Assembly (NCBI GenBank): GCA_030704615.1
Contig: CM060733.1
Coordinates: 2,046,001 to 2,110,000, forward strand
Direction: 5' to 3'
DNA length: 64,000 bases
DNA from: Takakia lepidozioides
Taxonomy: Eukaryota; Plantae; Bryophyta
In this document: one piece after another, positions 12,431 to 24,061 of the stretch
Layout of the letters: every line of letters begins with the position of its first letter
How positions within the stretch are numbered: position 1 is the stretch's first letter
The notes under the pieces: generated by a model
The model's database searches: none
Told to the model about the DNA's origin: nothing
The model's input: only the letters and a program-made list of their open reading frames with translations
Program-made: the position numbers and the translations under genes

Positions 12431-12919
12431 CTCTAATTTCTCGTTGGCTTCAGTACGCCTTCTATGCCTATCACTTGGCCGTCGGTTTCTACCTCCTCTT
12501 GAAACCATCTCTCTAAACTTCTTCTACCTAAACCCCATGTTGTATAACAAAGATCCATCATCGTTGTGAGCTCCAAACGCAAGCTTAGTTGACTTTCAGA
12601 GGCAGGGAAAGTGAAGCTCCAAACGCAGGTTTGAGTTTCAGAGACAGGGAGACACTAAGTATGAAGACGAGCAACAAACGATAAGAGCCCGCGCAAAGTT
12701 GTCCCTTCTCTCGTGTTATGTGGCACATTGTAAGAGGCCCAAATTATATCAACAAATCATATATAGCCACGCAATAATTTTTTTTTCCCTATTTTATAAT
12801 TCTAATTTTATATATTATATACTTGATCCACATACTGTACGCAAGTATATGTAATGGTTAAGTATAAGAAAATAGTATAAAAAAGTATACAAAAATTTCA
12901 CCAAATGATATCACTCTAG

Positions 12920-15000
12920 CATGCATTGGCCCTCCATTACATACGAGAACCACAACATAGCCTCATCTCCAACAGACTCTCGTGCTTATGATCCATATGT
13001 AACAGACTCTCCTGCCTGTGATCCATGTAGGAAGTATTGCCGAAGAGTGGGCAAGTCCTTCAACAACTTCTTGTATGATGTGAAATTTCTAAATTGCATC
13101 CACCGATGCTGCAGGAACGATGATGCCATCCGGTCGAAGTGGACCGCAGTCACTGCGGACAAGTGCTTCTTGCGGACACCGAACGTTGGGTGTGCCATAG
13201 CCATATGCCGCACCTCCTCTGGACGAGGGTCATCCATAAGGAGGAGCTGAACAAGGAGTGGCGGTTCATTTCCTTCACTCAAAGAAGAAACAACAACTTT
13301 CCCTGCTTGCTCCAGAACATGGTTGGCTTCTTCCGTAGTATACTCCATGGAATAGAGATAAGGGACAAAGGGCCACCTCCGGCCCGTTACAATGTGGTGC
13401 AGGTCACTATACCAGTCCAGATGGGCACTTATGTCACCAATCCTGAAGCGGGGAAGTGTAGGATCCTCTGCGTTCTTCGGCGCCACCGGTAACGACGATC
13501 TCCACATCCCAAAAATGCCCACAGTGGAGGGGAAATGGGCATAGTCTTCACCCTGTGCAATTGGCCCAGTCTTAGGTATGAGGTCTACTGAGGCGTGCTT
13601 CGGTCTACCCAGGTGCAAGGAGTTCTGCTCATGATTGCTGGCGTGTGCTTCACTGTGGTTTGGTGTGATGAGGTCTGCTGTGGTCTCCTGAGGAGTGATG
13701 AAGTCAGCGATCTGCTGGAGGGGACCTGCCGACTCCGTGTCAAGTTCGTCTATGGCGGCTGCTGATCCGGGGTATTTCATCAAAATGTACTCGCGAACCC
13801 GCTGCACTTCAAGCCGCACCTCACGCACTTGCAAAGGAGGTTCCTGACGTGGCGTCCGCCAAGTTGATATGGCTTTGCGAATAGACTGAGCAGTGTGCTG
13901 TGCAGCAAAAGACAAATGAGCTTCATCGGACAGACCGGATCCATTCGACTGACTGAATTTAATAACACTCAGTAGACAATCAACAGACCATCAGCAGTCT
14001 ACAATACACATTCATTAGACCACAATACTCAGTAGACCATGATATTTAGCAGACACTCATACCTTAACAGACAATCTGGACTTCAGCAGACAAAAATATT
14101 TCAGAAGACCTAATTATGGACGTACACAGTCTGCTGAAGTCTTCCACAGATGAGCAGACTACGCGACAACACAAGAAATAGGTCTGTCGGCTTCACCACA
14201 AGTCGGTTCATACGGGAGCTGGCTGCTATGCAGCAAAACACACATGATCCATTGGGCATTTGGAGCTCTAAGATCTCTCAGCAGACCATGGCAACGAGCA
14301 GACCACTGCCTTTAGCAGACTCCAGAGACTGGGGCAGAATAACTAAGAGACCGAACTATGGATGTGCATAGTCTGCTGAAGTTCAATAGACTAATCGACA
14401 GTAGTCCCAAAAAAATGCAAAAAAATGCAGGAATGGTTTGATAGCATTACCTCGTCAAGTATGTTGCCCGCATTGCCATCACGCATGGCATTCAACCACT
14501 TTTCTTTGGCTTCCCGAATACTTGATGTTATCCGTCCTGTCTGCACATATCTGAAGAAAAAGGGGAAGAACTGCGGATCGTCTTGGGGTGGGCAGACTGG
14601 TGGGAGAACGCCAAACCGAAGTAGGTACAATGTTCCCAGGCAGGCTGGACCAGCAGACTTGTGGGTGGTCTTTTCAGGTCCCATATCTTTGGTCTGCCCA
14701 AACCGCAGACCGGGCTGTTGGGTCTCCTGGGCGGTGTGGGCAAGAGAGGTGTTGTTGTCAAGGCTGTCTATGAGCATGTCCAAGTTTGTCCTCTCAGATA
14801 AAGCAATATCCACTGCACTGGACAGTGGACCTTGCCCTTCGAAGTCATTATTTCGGATGATGTTGTCAGTACGCTTGGCAGACCGGCGGGCAGAACATCG
14901 GCAGACTCAGACTCACTGGAGGAACTGATGGGTATAGTCTGCCAGGACTTTCTGGTCTGGCGCGCATCGGGCGGACTCCCATGTAGGCCCGCAATGCTTG
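12920..15000 (-). pseudogene. Probable 5' exons of the MULE transposase gene
   Basis: ORFs 14391-14813 and 12986-13915 join in phase 0 through a GT-AG intron (14450-13898). Same strand as, and reconstructed upstream of, the SWIM exon at 59600-61008. No catalytic motif seen in this part. Confidence 0.5.
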
Positions 15001-15252
15001 CATCCCAAGCAGAGCTTGCCTGACGCGCTTCGGACGGACCCCCCTGCAGGACTGACAGGTTTGCATCGCAAGCAGACCTTGCCGCGTTCGCTCCCGCTTT
15101 TTTTTTTGCCCCATCACTGAGTTTTTGCTTGGCACAGGCACTTCCTCTAGACTGCACAGTTGCATCCTTCCAGCAGTCCGCCAGTACCGTTGGCGCAATT
15201 CCTCTGTACTTCGTGGAATTGGGTTTGCGTCGCGGCTATTGAAAACATCTAC

Positions 15253-18200
15253 ATGGAGTCAGAGGAGAAGAATCTAACCCTCCCGACACTCGAATCGTAT
15301 CTCAAAGCTGCGGAGGCCAGGGCCCGCATAAAGTACAAGTCGCGGATGGTAAAGTACGTGGCCATAGCTGATCCCACCCTTGGTGCCGACTTTCTGGTGG
15401 AGGTGGGGAAGCACTACTCCCGCGCTTTGAAGCCCACGATGACATTGGGGAAGCTCCATCGTCTAGCCACATCCTGTGTGGATGCAACAGAAAAGGTGAT
15501 ACATTCTTAACCAAATTGTGGTGGCAACAACTCGTTTTTGTGGTGTTTGGCGCTTACAAATATGCTGGGTGGTTGGACAGACCCGGTGGCTCCAAATCTG
15601 GAATGGTTCCCAAAGTACAAGGGACATGTGGAGCTTCCCCAAACCGGACAAACTGTCTGACCCGACATTCGACATGTGGATGAACCGCATGACATGGTGG
15701 TTTCAGGTACTTCCACACGCTTCGTTTGGCGCTTCTACTCTTGTAGGGGGTGGATTCATTGTATTTTTTGAGGAAAGCGATCTGATGGAGAATCTCCACA
15801 GGTGACGACGAATGCGCAAGAGCAGCTGGACACACAAGCACATCAGTTCAAGATGGAGATTTCTCCTGCAGCAGAGAGCCTACGCGACTATGTGACGAGG
15901 TACTTTCTGCTCTACAAAACCGACCTATTCTTTCGGGAGATACCCCATGCCCGCCGGAGCCACGAGTTCACCGACCAGCCGAACGCGGACAAAGCAGCAA
16001 TGCGCCTTCTGTACAGGTACATACGCGATGCCTTCCTTTCAAGTCCTTGCATTTCAGGATATTAGAGGCCTCATGTGGCGCATGAAAATTGGTCTTTAGG
16101 AAAATGGCGCCGAATTTCCAGTTCAGGGCTCCGAAAATGGCTAAGTCCCTAGGGTGGCTAGCCCTAAACTGGAAATTTGGCGCCATTTTTCCAGTTCAAG
16201 GCCATATTACCGTTCTGGGACTTAGCCATTTTCGGGCCGGAAATGGGAAAATGGCGCCGAATTTCCAGTTCAGGGCTCCGAAAATGGCTAAGTCCCTAGG
16301 GTGGCTGGCCCTGAACTGGAAATTCGGCGCCATTTTTCCAGTTCTAGGCCCTATTACCATTCTGGGACTTAGCCATTTTCGGGCCGGAAATGGGAAAATG
16401 GCGCCGAATTTCCAGTTCAAGGCTCCGAAAATGGCTAAGTCCCTAGGGTGGCTGGCCCTGAACTGGAAATTCGGCGCCATTTTTCCAGTTCTAGGCCCTA
16501 TTACCGTTCTGGGACTTAGCCATTTTCGGGCCGGACCAGGGAAAATGGCGCCGAATTTCCAGTTCAGGGCTCCGAAAATGGCTAAGTCCCTAGGGTGGCT
16601 GGCACAAAAAACCGAAATTCGGCGCCATTTTTCGAGTTTTAGGCCCTGGCAGTTTTGGAACTTAGCCATTTTCGGGCCAAACCGGGAAAAATGGCGCCGA
16701 ATTTCCAGTTCCGGGCTCCCAAGATGGCTAAGTCCCTAGGGTGGCAGTCACCGAAAACCGAAATTCGGCGCCATTTTTCCATTTCTAGGCCCAGTCAAAT
16801 CCGCCCCAACCTGGGAAAATGGTGCCGAATTTGCAGTTCAGGGACCTCATTGTGTTTTTCATGAATGCAGGTACTGCAAGTTCTCCCTTTTGGAGAAAGG
16901 TCATCTGTCTTTCGAGCCACCATTCTTCCTGGCATGGAGGAACCCTGGGGCTGACTCCATGTACACTGATGATATTGTGAAGGAGTGGCATCTGGAACAT
17001 TTGCGCGATTGCCCTTGGTATGTGGACCTTCCGCCCGGCTCGCTCGACCCATCCGAGTTTCAATTGAAGTTGGATGCTGAGGCCCGACGAAACCGGGCTC
17101 CGCTGTCTCCGCTGGGTGCAAAAGAGGCAAAAGCGCTTGCGAACTCCAGGAAAGCGGCAGAGCTTGCTCAGGCAGGAATTCAGGAGAAATTGAATGAGAA
17201 GAATAAAGGCCAAAGGAAAAGGACAAGGAAACAGGTGAGTACAGTAACACCCAAAAAACAGAAAACCATCGGGGCATCGGAGGAGGCGCAGGAGGGGACC
17301 CAAGGGAGTGACTCGGACGACGACTTTGTTCAAGGTCCTGCGACTGCTGTTGCTGCTACCAAGTCACCGGTCGTCCGGGTTCCCAAGTCAGTTCGGAGTG
17401 GGACTGGCTCTGCCAAGAAGTTGGCATTTGAGGGCAAGCCTACATGGCGGTATTCGGTGGTGACGTTTACGCATAGGCCAAAGCTAGAACCTCCAACCAT
17501 CATCCAATGCGTCAATGAGAGCTTCCTTGACGCTCTCGCTGCCAGGGCAGCCGAGAATTCTTCACGGCTGTGAGCACGGATTGCAAGAGCACTCGGGGGG
17601 GGGGGGTTGAGGTGGAGAGAGCTTGCGATATGATTCTCCTCGACATTCCAGATGGGGAGCTGCTGGAGGGCCTGGATGGTGTGCCCACCTGGAACAGGTT
17701 TACTGAGGACTACTGGAAAGCCGGGTTTGGGCTGGCGGGGATGCTCCTAGATGACGGTGGATGTGTGGTTGTCCTTGCCACAAGAGGGAAGACCACAGAG
17801 AATGCGGTGGCAAGATGGACACCGAAAAGTGTCACCCCGGTCCTCCTCAGAAAATGGTTTTGCATCAATACACAGGGGTTGCGAACAGAGGGCCAAAGTG
17901 TAAGTTATCAATCTATTGCATTCACCTCATATTGTGGTGTATCTAAACTAGATCCCGGAGTTGATCGCTCTTTTGTTGGATGTGCAGACATTGGTGTTTG
18001 AGGCATATTGCTTTGCGAAGAGAGGGTCTACGTTCAAATTCCGCAACGACAGTCATCTTGTTGATGCCGCTGTGGACCCTGTTACCTACGATGTCCTCTA
18101 CAACTATGTGCCCCACTCCAGTATGCCGAAGGACACAAAGACAGGCAAATCGTGGCGGTACAGCCGGACCCGGAGCCCTGCTTTCATCCAAACCCTCATG

Positions 18201-18980
18201 GAGACGTGCTCAGATGTCCAAGGGCGGATTCTGGCCCTCACATGCGGCACGGGTAAGCCTTCACGTGCTCAGTTTGTCCCCTGGCCCGATTGCAATTGCA
18301 TGCCGCAAGCTATTAACCGCCCGCTTTGTTCCTCAGGTGCTTCAATGTGGGCAGGGACGTTGTCCGACAGGCATGTGTTCGCCTTCAAGCCAGATACTGC
18401 CCTCCACAACTCGGAACTTGCAGCGGCTGAACGTCTGCCAAAAGAGGAAGAGGCATCCTCGGAGGATGAGGAAAAATCGGAGAAGGAGCAGGGGGAGGAA
18501 CAAGTTGGGATCGAGGCCGAGGAGCCCCCGGTGTACGAGTGAGTGGTCGCATTGTAAGTTGCCTCCAGATTTTGTGAGGCACCTCCCTTCGCTCTCTTAT
18601 TTCATTGAAAACCCTTTCTGCTTCTGCTGGTATTGACATTCTTGAAGTGGATTTATTCTTACTGTAGGATGCCAAGTACGGCAGGAAGGACGTCTACACC
18701 GGAGTTCATGGGCAGGAGGAACGTGCATTTTTTTGCCAGGGGGGATTTCATGCCTAGTCCAGAAAGGGACTACATCCTTCCTACTTATGCTGCCCGGCTT
18801 GCTTCTGTGTCCATTAGGAGGTGTTCCGAACCTAGTCGTGTACAGCAGATTTTAGACGAGGCAAACCTCAAGAAAATGAAGATGAGGGAGGAGGCAGCAG
18901 CTATTAGAGCCCGTCGGGCTCGTAGATTTGTCTTGGATTCTGCTGAGGAAAGTGGGGGAGAAGAGGCAGAAGATTCCTAG
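15253..18980 (+). pseudogene. Multi-exon gene ending in a beta-class N4C/N6A DNA methyltransferase-like domain (PF01555-like), degenerate
   Basis: In-phase GT-AG introns at 16017-16870, 17900-17987 and 18253-18336. Motif IV-like CDMILLDIPDG (D at 17642). Motif X/I-like RSPAFIQTLMETCSDVQGRILALTCGTGASMWAGTLSDRHVFAFKPD. Frameshift near 17555. Confidence 0.7.
16101..16840. repeat. 147-bp tandem repeat (~5 units) with interleaved inverted repeats, intronic
   Basis: AAAATGGCGCCG recurs at 16101, 16248, 16395, 16542 and 16688. Each unit holds a 29-bp and a ~19-bp inverted pair. Confidence 0.95.
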
Positions 18981-19329
18981 GAGGTGAGGTGGACAATCCC
19001 CCAAGGAGAGGATGGCATTTTTGAGAGGCATACTGCAACCGATGCATCACAGAGCTCGGAGAATGGGGGGGATGAGGGGGATGAGGAAGAAGGAGGGCGA
19101 AGTTCCTCGGAAGGTGTAAGAGAGTAGTTCCCATTAACAGTTAGGACACACTTGTATAGACGTGGCTTGCCACAAAATTTGCAATAAAATGTTGCATTTC
19201 ATTGCTATGACAAGTCCACATGACCCTATTTCCGTGCTTCCTAACCCTATTTCCGTGGACACAAAATGGCCCGCTCATGCTTTTTTTTTTTCCCGTTCAT
19301 GCTCATGCCGCTCATGAAATAGTAGCCCC

Positions 19330-20007
19330 CCATTACAGGGTTACATCCCCCGGCATGAACACAACAAGTATGGTGTCTTTTGATTGTGGAGTCTCATCTG
19401 TTTTCTAGCACCAGTCCATTACCAACAATTCAGGCAATGACATGGAGGAACCTACAAGATATGTGGGTCTTATAAGGGAGATGTTGCAAATTGACTATGG
19501 CCAAACACAACCTATAGTGTTTTTGTGTTTGTGGGTACGGGCGCGTCGCGTGGGTCGTCAACCTATGTCAATGAAGCAGGATGATGCTGGCTTCACACTG
19601 GTCAATCTAACCGTATGCTTCCTCCTTTTGAGCAACCTTTTGTGTTTCCTGGCCAGGTTGATCAAGTGTTTTTTTCTGATTGTGTGAAGGAGCCGGGGTG
19701 GAAAGTCGTCCTGGAGAAGAGCCGCCGAGCACGTAGAGTGGTCTGTGACATATCAATTGCTAATGATGATGTGGCGGAAATGGAAGGATTGTTAGCCCCA
19801 CAAAGACTAGAGGAGACTCTGGTAACTGATGGCCCAACACGCAGACGAGCGGTACCGGTTACTCCAAAGCAGGTGGCCTCCTTGTACCTCCGAGCACCCC
19901 GTAGTAGTGGTGATGATGTTCAGCCAACCCTTGGACAAGATGAAGTTTGTGATGAAAACAGTGATACATGCACTGACCCAGACCTAGATGAGGATGATGG
20001 GGATTAG
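19330..20007 (+). pseudogene. CACTA/EnSpm transposase C-terminus (DUF4216 region)
   Basis: YVGLIREMLQIDYG...IVFLCLWV...QDDAGFTLVNL...QPFVFPGQVDQVFF...GWKVVL. Continues in frame from ...YGNHYR at 58811. Confidence 0.88.
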
Positions 20008-20269
20008 ATGTGCTAGATTTGTGCAGTCCAGTTATAGACTATGCATGATAGCTTAAGGTGGTAACACTCCCTTCGCATCCCCATTAAGATATCATGCTTG
20101 GACAGTGGATTTTATGATCAATTATGGAGTGCTTTCCTTTCAATACCCTTTATTCATTTGTTTGTTGCAATTGGCTTTGGACCAACAAGTGCAACTACCA
20201 TTGCCATGGGTTCTGCCTGCAATGTTTTCTTGCCATGGATTCGGCACACGCCACGAAAGGCCATCCACA

Positions 20270-21605
20270 CTAGTGGAAGGGGAAAAGTACTTTCTTAAGT
20301 TCTGCTACAACTATTTTTGTTTTCCAGCCTACATGTTCTTGTTGGATATTAATTGAAGTGTTTTCAATGTTGCTGCAATACCATAATAAAGTGGAGGCTG
20401 CTGAATGCAGTTGGCCTTGCTTGGTGCAGGCAGAATCCATTGCAATGTGGAGATGACTGAAACACCATTATAGCATTTCCAGAGGATGGTGTGGATGGCC
20501 TTGCATGGTGCATGCAGAGTCCGTGACAATGTGGAGATGGTTGAATGGGCAAAGGAGGCAAGTGGCAAAGAAGCCACGTCAATGGTACATAGTTGCGTGC
20601 GACATACTAGATGAAACTGTACTATATGTCATTCCAGGGACTGTCCTTGTTGGTCCATGTGTTTTACAACAATGCTATCAATTAAAGACTACTGGTTTGC
20701 ATTGGAAGCTCAATCCCTGTAAGTTCATTGTGTGTGAAGCTCAAACTTGTGATTTGAAGGATCTTGTAGCCAAGTTCATTCCAGAGGTGATTGGAAAAGA
20801 CATTGAGAAAGCAACAGCCGGCTATGGATGGCCAAGAGAATTATAATGTACTCATAAAGATGTTCTTTGCCGCAGCCTTGTGGCATCGTGCCACAGACCA
20901 TTTTAATATCGGTTGAGCAAAAACAGTTCTTTCATTAACGGTCTTTGTTGTCGCTACAGATTTGCAGGAGGATGAGGGAGATCATTGTGCGTGAAGCTCA
21001 ATGATGTGATTTGAAGGATTTTGTAGCCAAGTTCATGCCAGAGGTGATTGGAAAAGACACCAGCCAGTGTGTATCCTCTATAAAACACCTTCAACCGGAA
21101 AGTGAAAATTCTTAAAGCTCCCAAATTTGATGTGGGCTTATGGAGGTAAAACTCAGCTTCCATCCTCTCATGTAAGTGTTGGATAAGTTTCATTTTAGTG
21201 TCGACCTTCACTGCATATATTGGCTCTTTTCTTGGCTGGTTTCATGTTTTCTTGACTGGTATGTTGTTGGTTGGCTTCTTTCATTTCACGTGTGTAGTGG
21301 AAGCGGAGAAGTACTTTCCTAAGTTCTGCTGCAACAATGTCTTTTTTCCAGCCTAGATGTTCTCGATGAATACAAATTGAAGTGCTTTGAATCTAGCTGC
21401 AATTCTATAATAAAGTGGAGGGTGCTGAATGCAGTTGGCCTTGCTTTGTGCATGCAGAATCTAGGGAAATGTAGACATAGCTGAAACCCCATTATAGCAT
21501 TTCTAGAGGATGGTGTGGATGCCCTCACAATCCAGCATGCAGAATCCATGGCAATGTGGAGATGGCTGAATGTGCAAACAGGTTAAGTGGCGAACAAGCC
21601 ACGTC
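20270..21605. repeat. Diverged direct duplications (~20275-20581 vs ~21300-21606; ~20725-20820 vs ~20980-21065), probably CACTA internal sequence
   Basis: Shared runs such as AAGTACTTTC.TAAGTTCTGCT, GCTGAATGCAGTTGGCCTTGCTT and GATTTGAAGGAT.TTGTAGCCAAGTTCAT.CCAGAGGTGATTGGAAAAGACA. Confidence 0.7.
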
Positions 21606-24061
21606 ACTCGGGGTGAGAGAAGTTTGCAGCCAGAGGCTGTGGTGAGTTGGGTGAGAGTCGTGATGTGACAGAGTTTAAAGTAGGCAAGTATGGTCGTCTT
21701 CTAGCGGGAATGTTGTTCTTCAAGTGCGGAGAGGAGTGGGCTAGCAAGCCAGGCTTGTTCAAGAGGTGAGATGGTGTTGGGGTAGCCGGGTAGATCGGTT
21801 TGTATGCTAATGTTCATTTGTCGGAGGATGTAGAGGGTTCTAGTGGTAGGAGAGTGGAGGCCATTATATTTGGTAGCCAGGAATTGAAGGAGACCTCTAT
21901 AGATAAGGCCTAGCCGGCCAGGGTCATTGAGGGCTTCTTGAAGTTGCTTGCCCAGGGTGCGGGCATAGGAGGTAAGTAGCAGGATAGTACCTATGCCAAA
22001 GTTGTCGGTGGGGAGCTGGGAGAGAATGCATTGGAGGTGCTGGTGGGTAGGCCGCTGCGTTTATTGAGTTGGATGAAGTGTTTGTCAATTAATTTGAGAT
22101 CTGGGAGAGAGAAGGGGGATGCGTGGAAAGAGTATTGGACTTGTGGCTTGAGTACGGTTTGAATGAGGGAGAGTTTGTGTCGCGCACCTCACTTCGGTAA
22201 GTTCCCCTTCAAGTCATAGTTACTCGCTTTGATGCGCGCGCCTAACTCCCAAACTGGCCGCCGGGCCAATTCGGAGCTTCGACTGCTCACCGGGACATAA
22301 CAGTCCCCCTTTGCTCCTCCACAAGACCTTCTCTCAATTTGGGCCTGGTGGAAATTCCCTTTGGTTGTTGGCAGTCCGGAACAGCTCCCCACACCTTGGT
22401 CGCTTTCCAGATCGCACGCTTACTCACTAGTTTTTGGTCACCAACGGGCTTGCACCATTCTCGGGGTTACTACTCCCTATATATACTTCTGTGACTGTCC
22501 GCGGGGGTTTCACAAACAACACCATCCTTTTATGGCGAACCACACGAAAACCCTTGATTCCCGGTGATGAGTCGCTGTGAGTCTTGGCCCACCCACCACG
22601 GCCCCATTGGACCGTGATGAGTCCCAAGACTCCCCACGACTCCCACCACAAGGTGTCCGCCCCATGGTGAGTCCTATGCCACCCCCACTAAGACCCACTA
22701 AGCTACCACCACTCCTCGTGGACCCACCCCCACCGCAACCCGATGTGCGGGGCTCCACCTAGTGAGTGCCTCCACCTCCTTGATGTGGGACACCACAACT
22801 TGGATGTTAGTTTCTACAAAATGGACAAGTCGATGAGGACATCGACTCCCTGTTGGTAGGGGTGTGTGTCGCGGCCCTTTGCCTTAAGGGCGGGGGTCGG
22901 GACACAAGAGGGGCTGCCCCTGTGGTGGGGGTAGTGGCAACAATAGGAACATGGGCTGAAGCACCCTTGAGAGAACCAAACCCCTCACTTGACTCTACTC
23001 TTCACTAGCTAGTTCGACCGACTTCCTCCAAGTCCCGGCCAAGGGTGGAGCCTCTCAAGCTCCTCCCAGTACACTCTTCTTGGCCCACTTCAAGGCCAAG
23101 GAACGATCCTCCCCGAGGATCGAATCGCCTTACTGCAACAACATTGCTTGCGACCGCTCATGATGCCGCTTTTGGCATCACCTTGAGCAAGGGTTCACCT
23201 TGAACCCTTTTTGACTAGGAAGATAACTTTGAACCAACTGTGCGCCCCAATCACTACAATTGGGTCTGCCTTGGAATGCTGGCCTGAGGTACGGGAACAC
23301 GCCGAAGCCGCACTACGACTTCGTCCCGAGGCTATACGATTATAGTACGTGAACGGAAGCACGTAGTTTCCGCGTTAGCCCGCACTACAAGGCAACCCCC
23401 TTGGTAGCGCAGTTATAGTATGTGCACTAGCACATGAACTCCCAAAGAAGGCGCAAGTTTCCTTGCCCCTTAGATGGGAGTCACCCGATTTCGGCACTGC
23501 ACAAACACACGATTAATCCAATTTACCTCTCCCACTTCTATAAGCTAGCATGCATTCTACACACTAGCCAACCATACCATGCATCACCATTCCAAACAAA
23601 ATATGACGCACAACATTTGGAAACCATTTCATTCATAACAAAATTTGTACAAAACAAGTTTTTGCAATCGGATTCCTGAGCTAGCTAAGCCGGGCTAAGC
23701 ATGCATTTCCTCCCCCACGTGTTGTGCACCTAAGCATCGTGCCACAACATACATTGCTGTCCAACCACACTTCCTAGCATATAGTCCTAGAAAGCTACGC
23801 CACAATCGCCCCCCTAGCTGGTGGTTAGGTCCCTCTAACACCGGATAGCTTGCAAGTATCCACCCCAATAAGATCATCGCTTGGTCTTCAATCGCACAAG
23901 TCCCAACACCTGAAGTCGATAGATCAAGAGGCCGGGTGCAAACGTAGCCCCATCGTTAGTCGCCTTCATACAATCCATGATCTTCAGTTGAGTATCCGTG
24001 GCATTGAAGCCCCACTAGCTAGACCTTGGGTCACTTGTCCGCCTCACCATTGTCATGCCCA

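Larger units (their letters stand above)
12917..19329. mobile_element. Mutator-like element, right portion (left boundary approximate)
   Basis: Ends ...GCTCATGCCGCTCATGAAATAGTAGCCCC, an inverted match to 58819 onward. Followed by TSD CCATTACAG (19330-19338). Shares internal repeat motifs with 59060-59450. Confidence 0.75.

Noticed and set aside
16089-16864. Repetitive ORFs on both strands (216, 157 and 69 aa); possible CRISPR-like array
   Set aside because: The 147-bp unit is a multiple of 3 and palindromic, so the frames stay open by chance. It lies in a GT-AG intron. The intervening segments are repeated rather than unique spacers, and there are no cas genes.
22776-23210. Split direct/inverted repeats with 36975-37345, suggesting a DIRS/Ngaro element
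   Set aside because: The element has a DDE integrase and no tyrosine recombinase. A local inversion explains the pattern.
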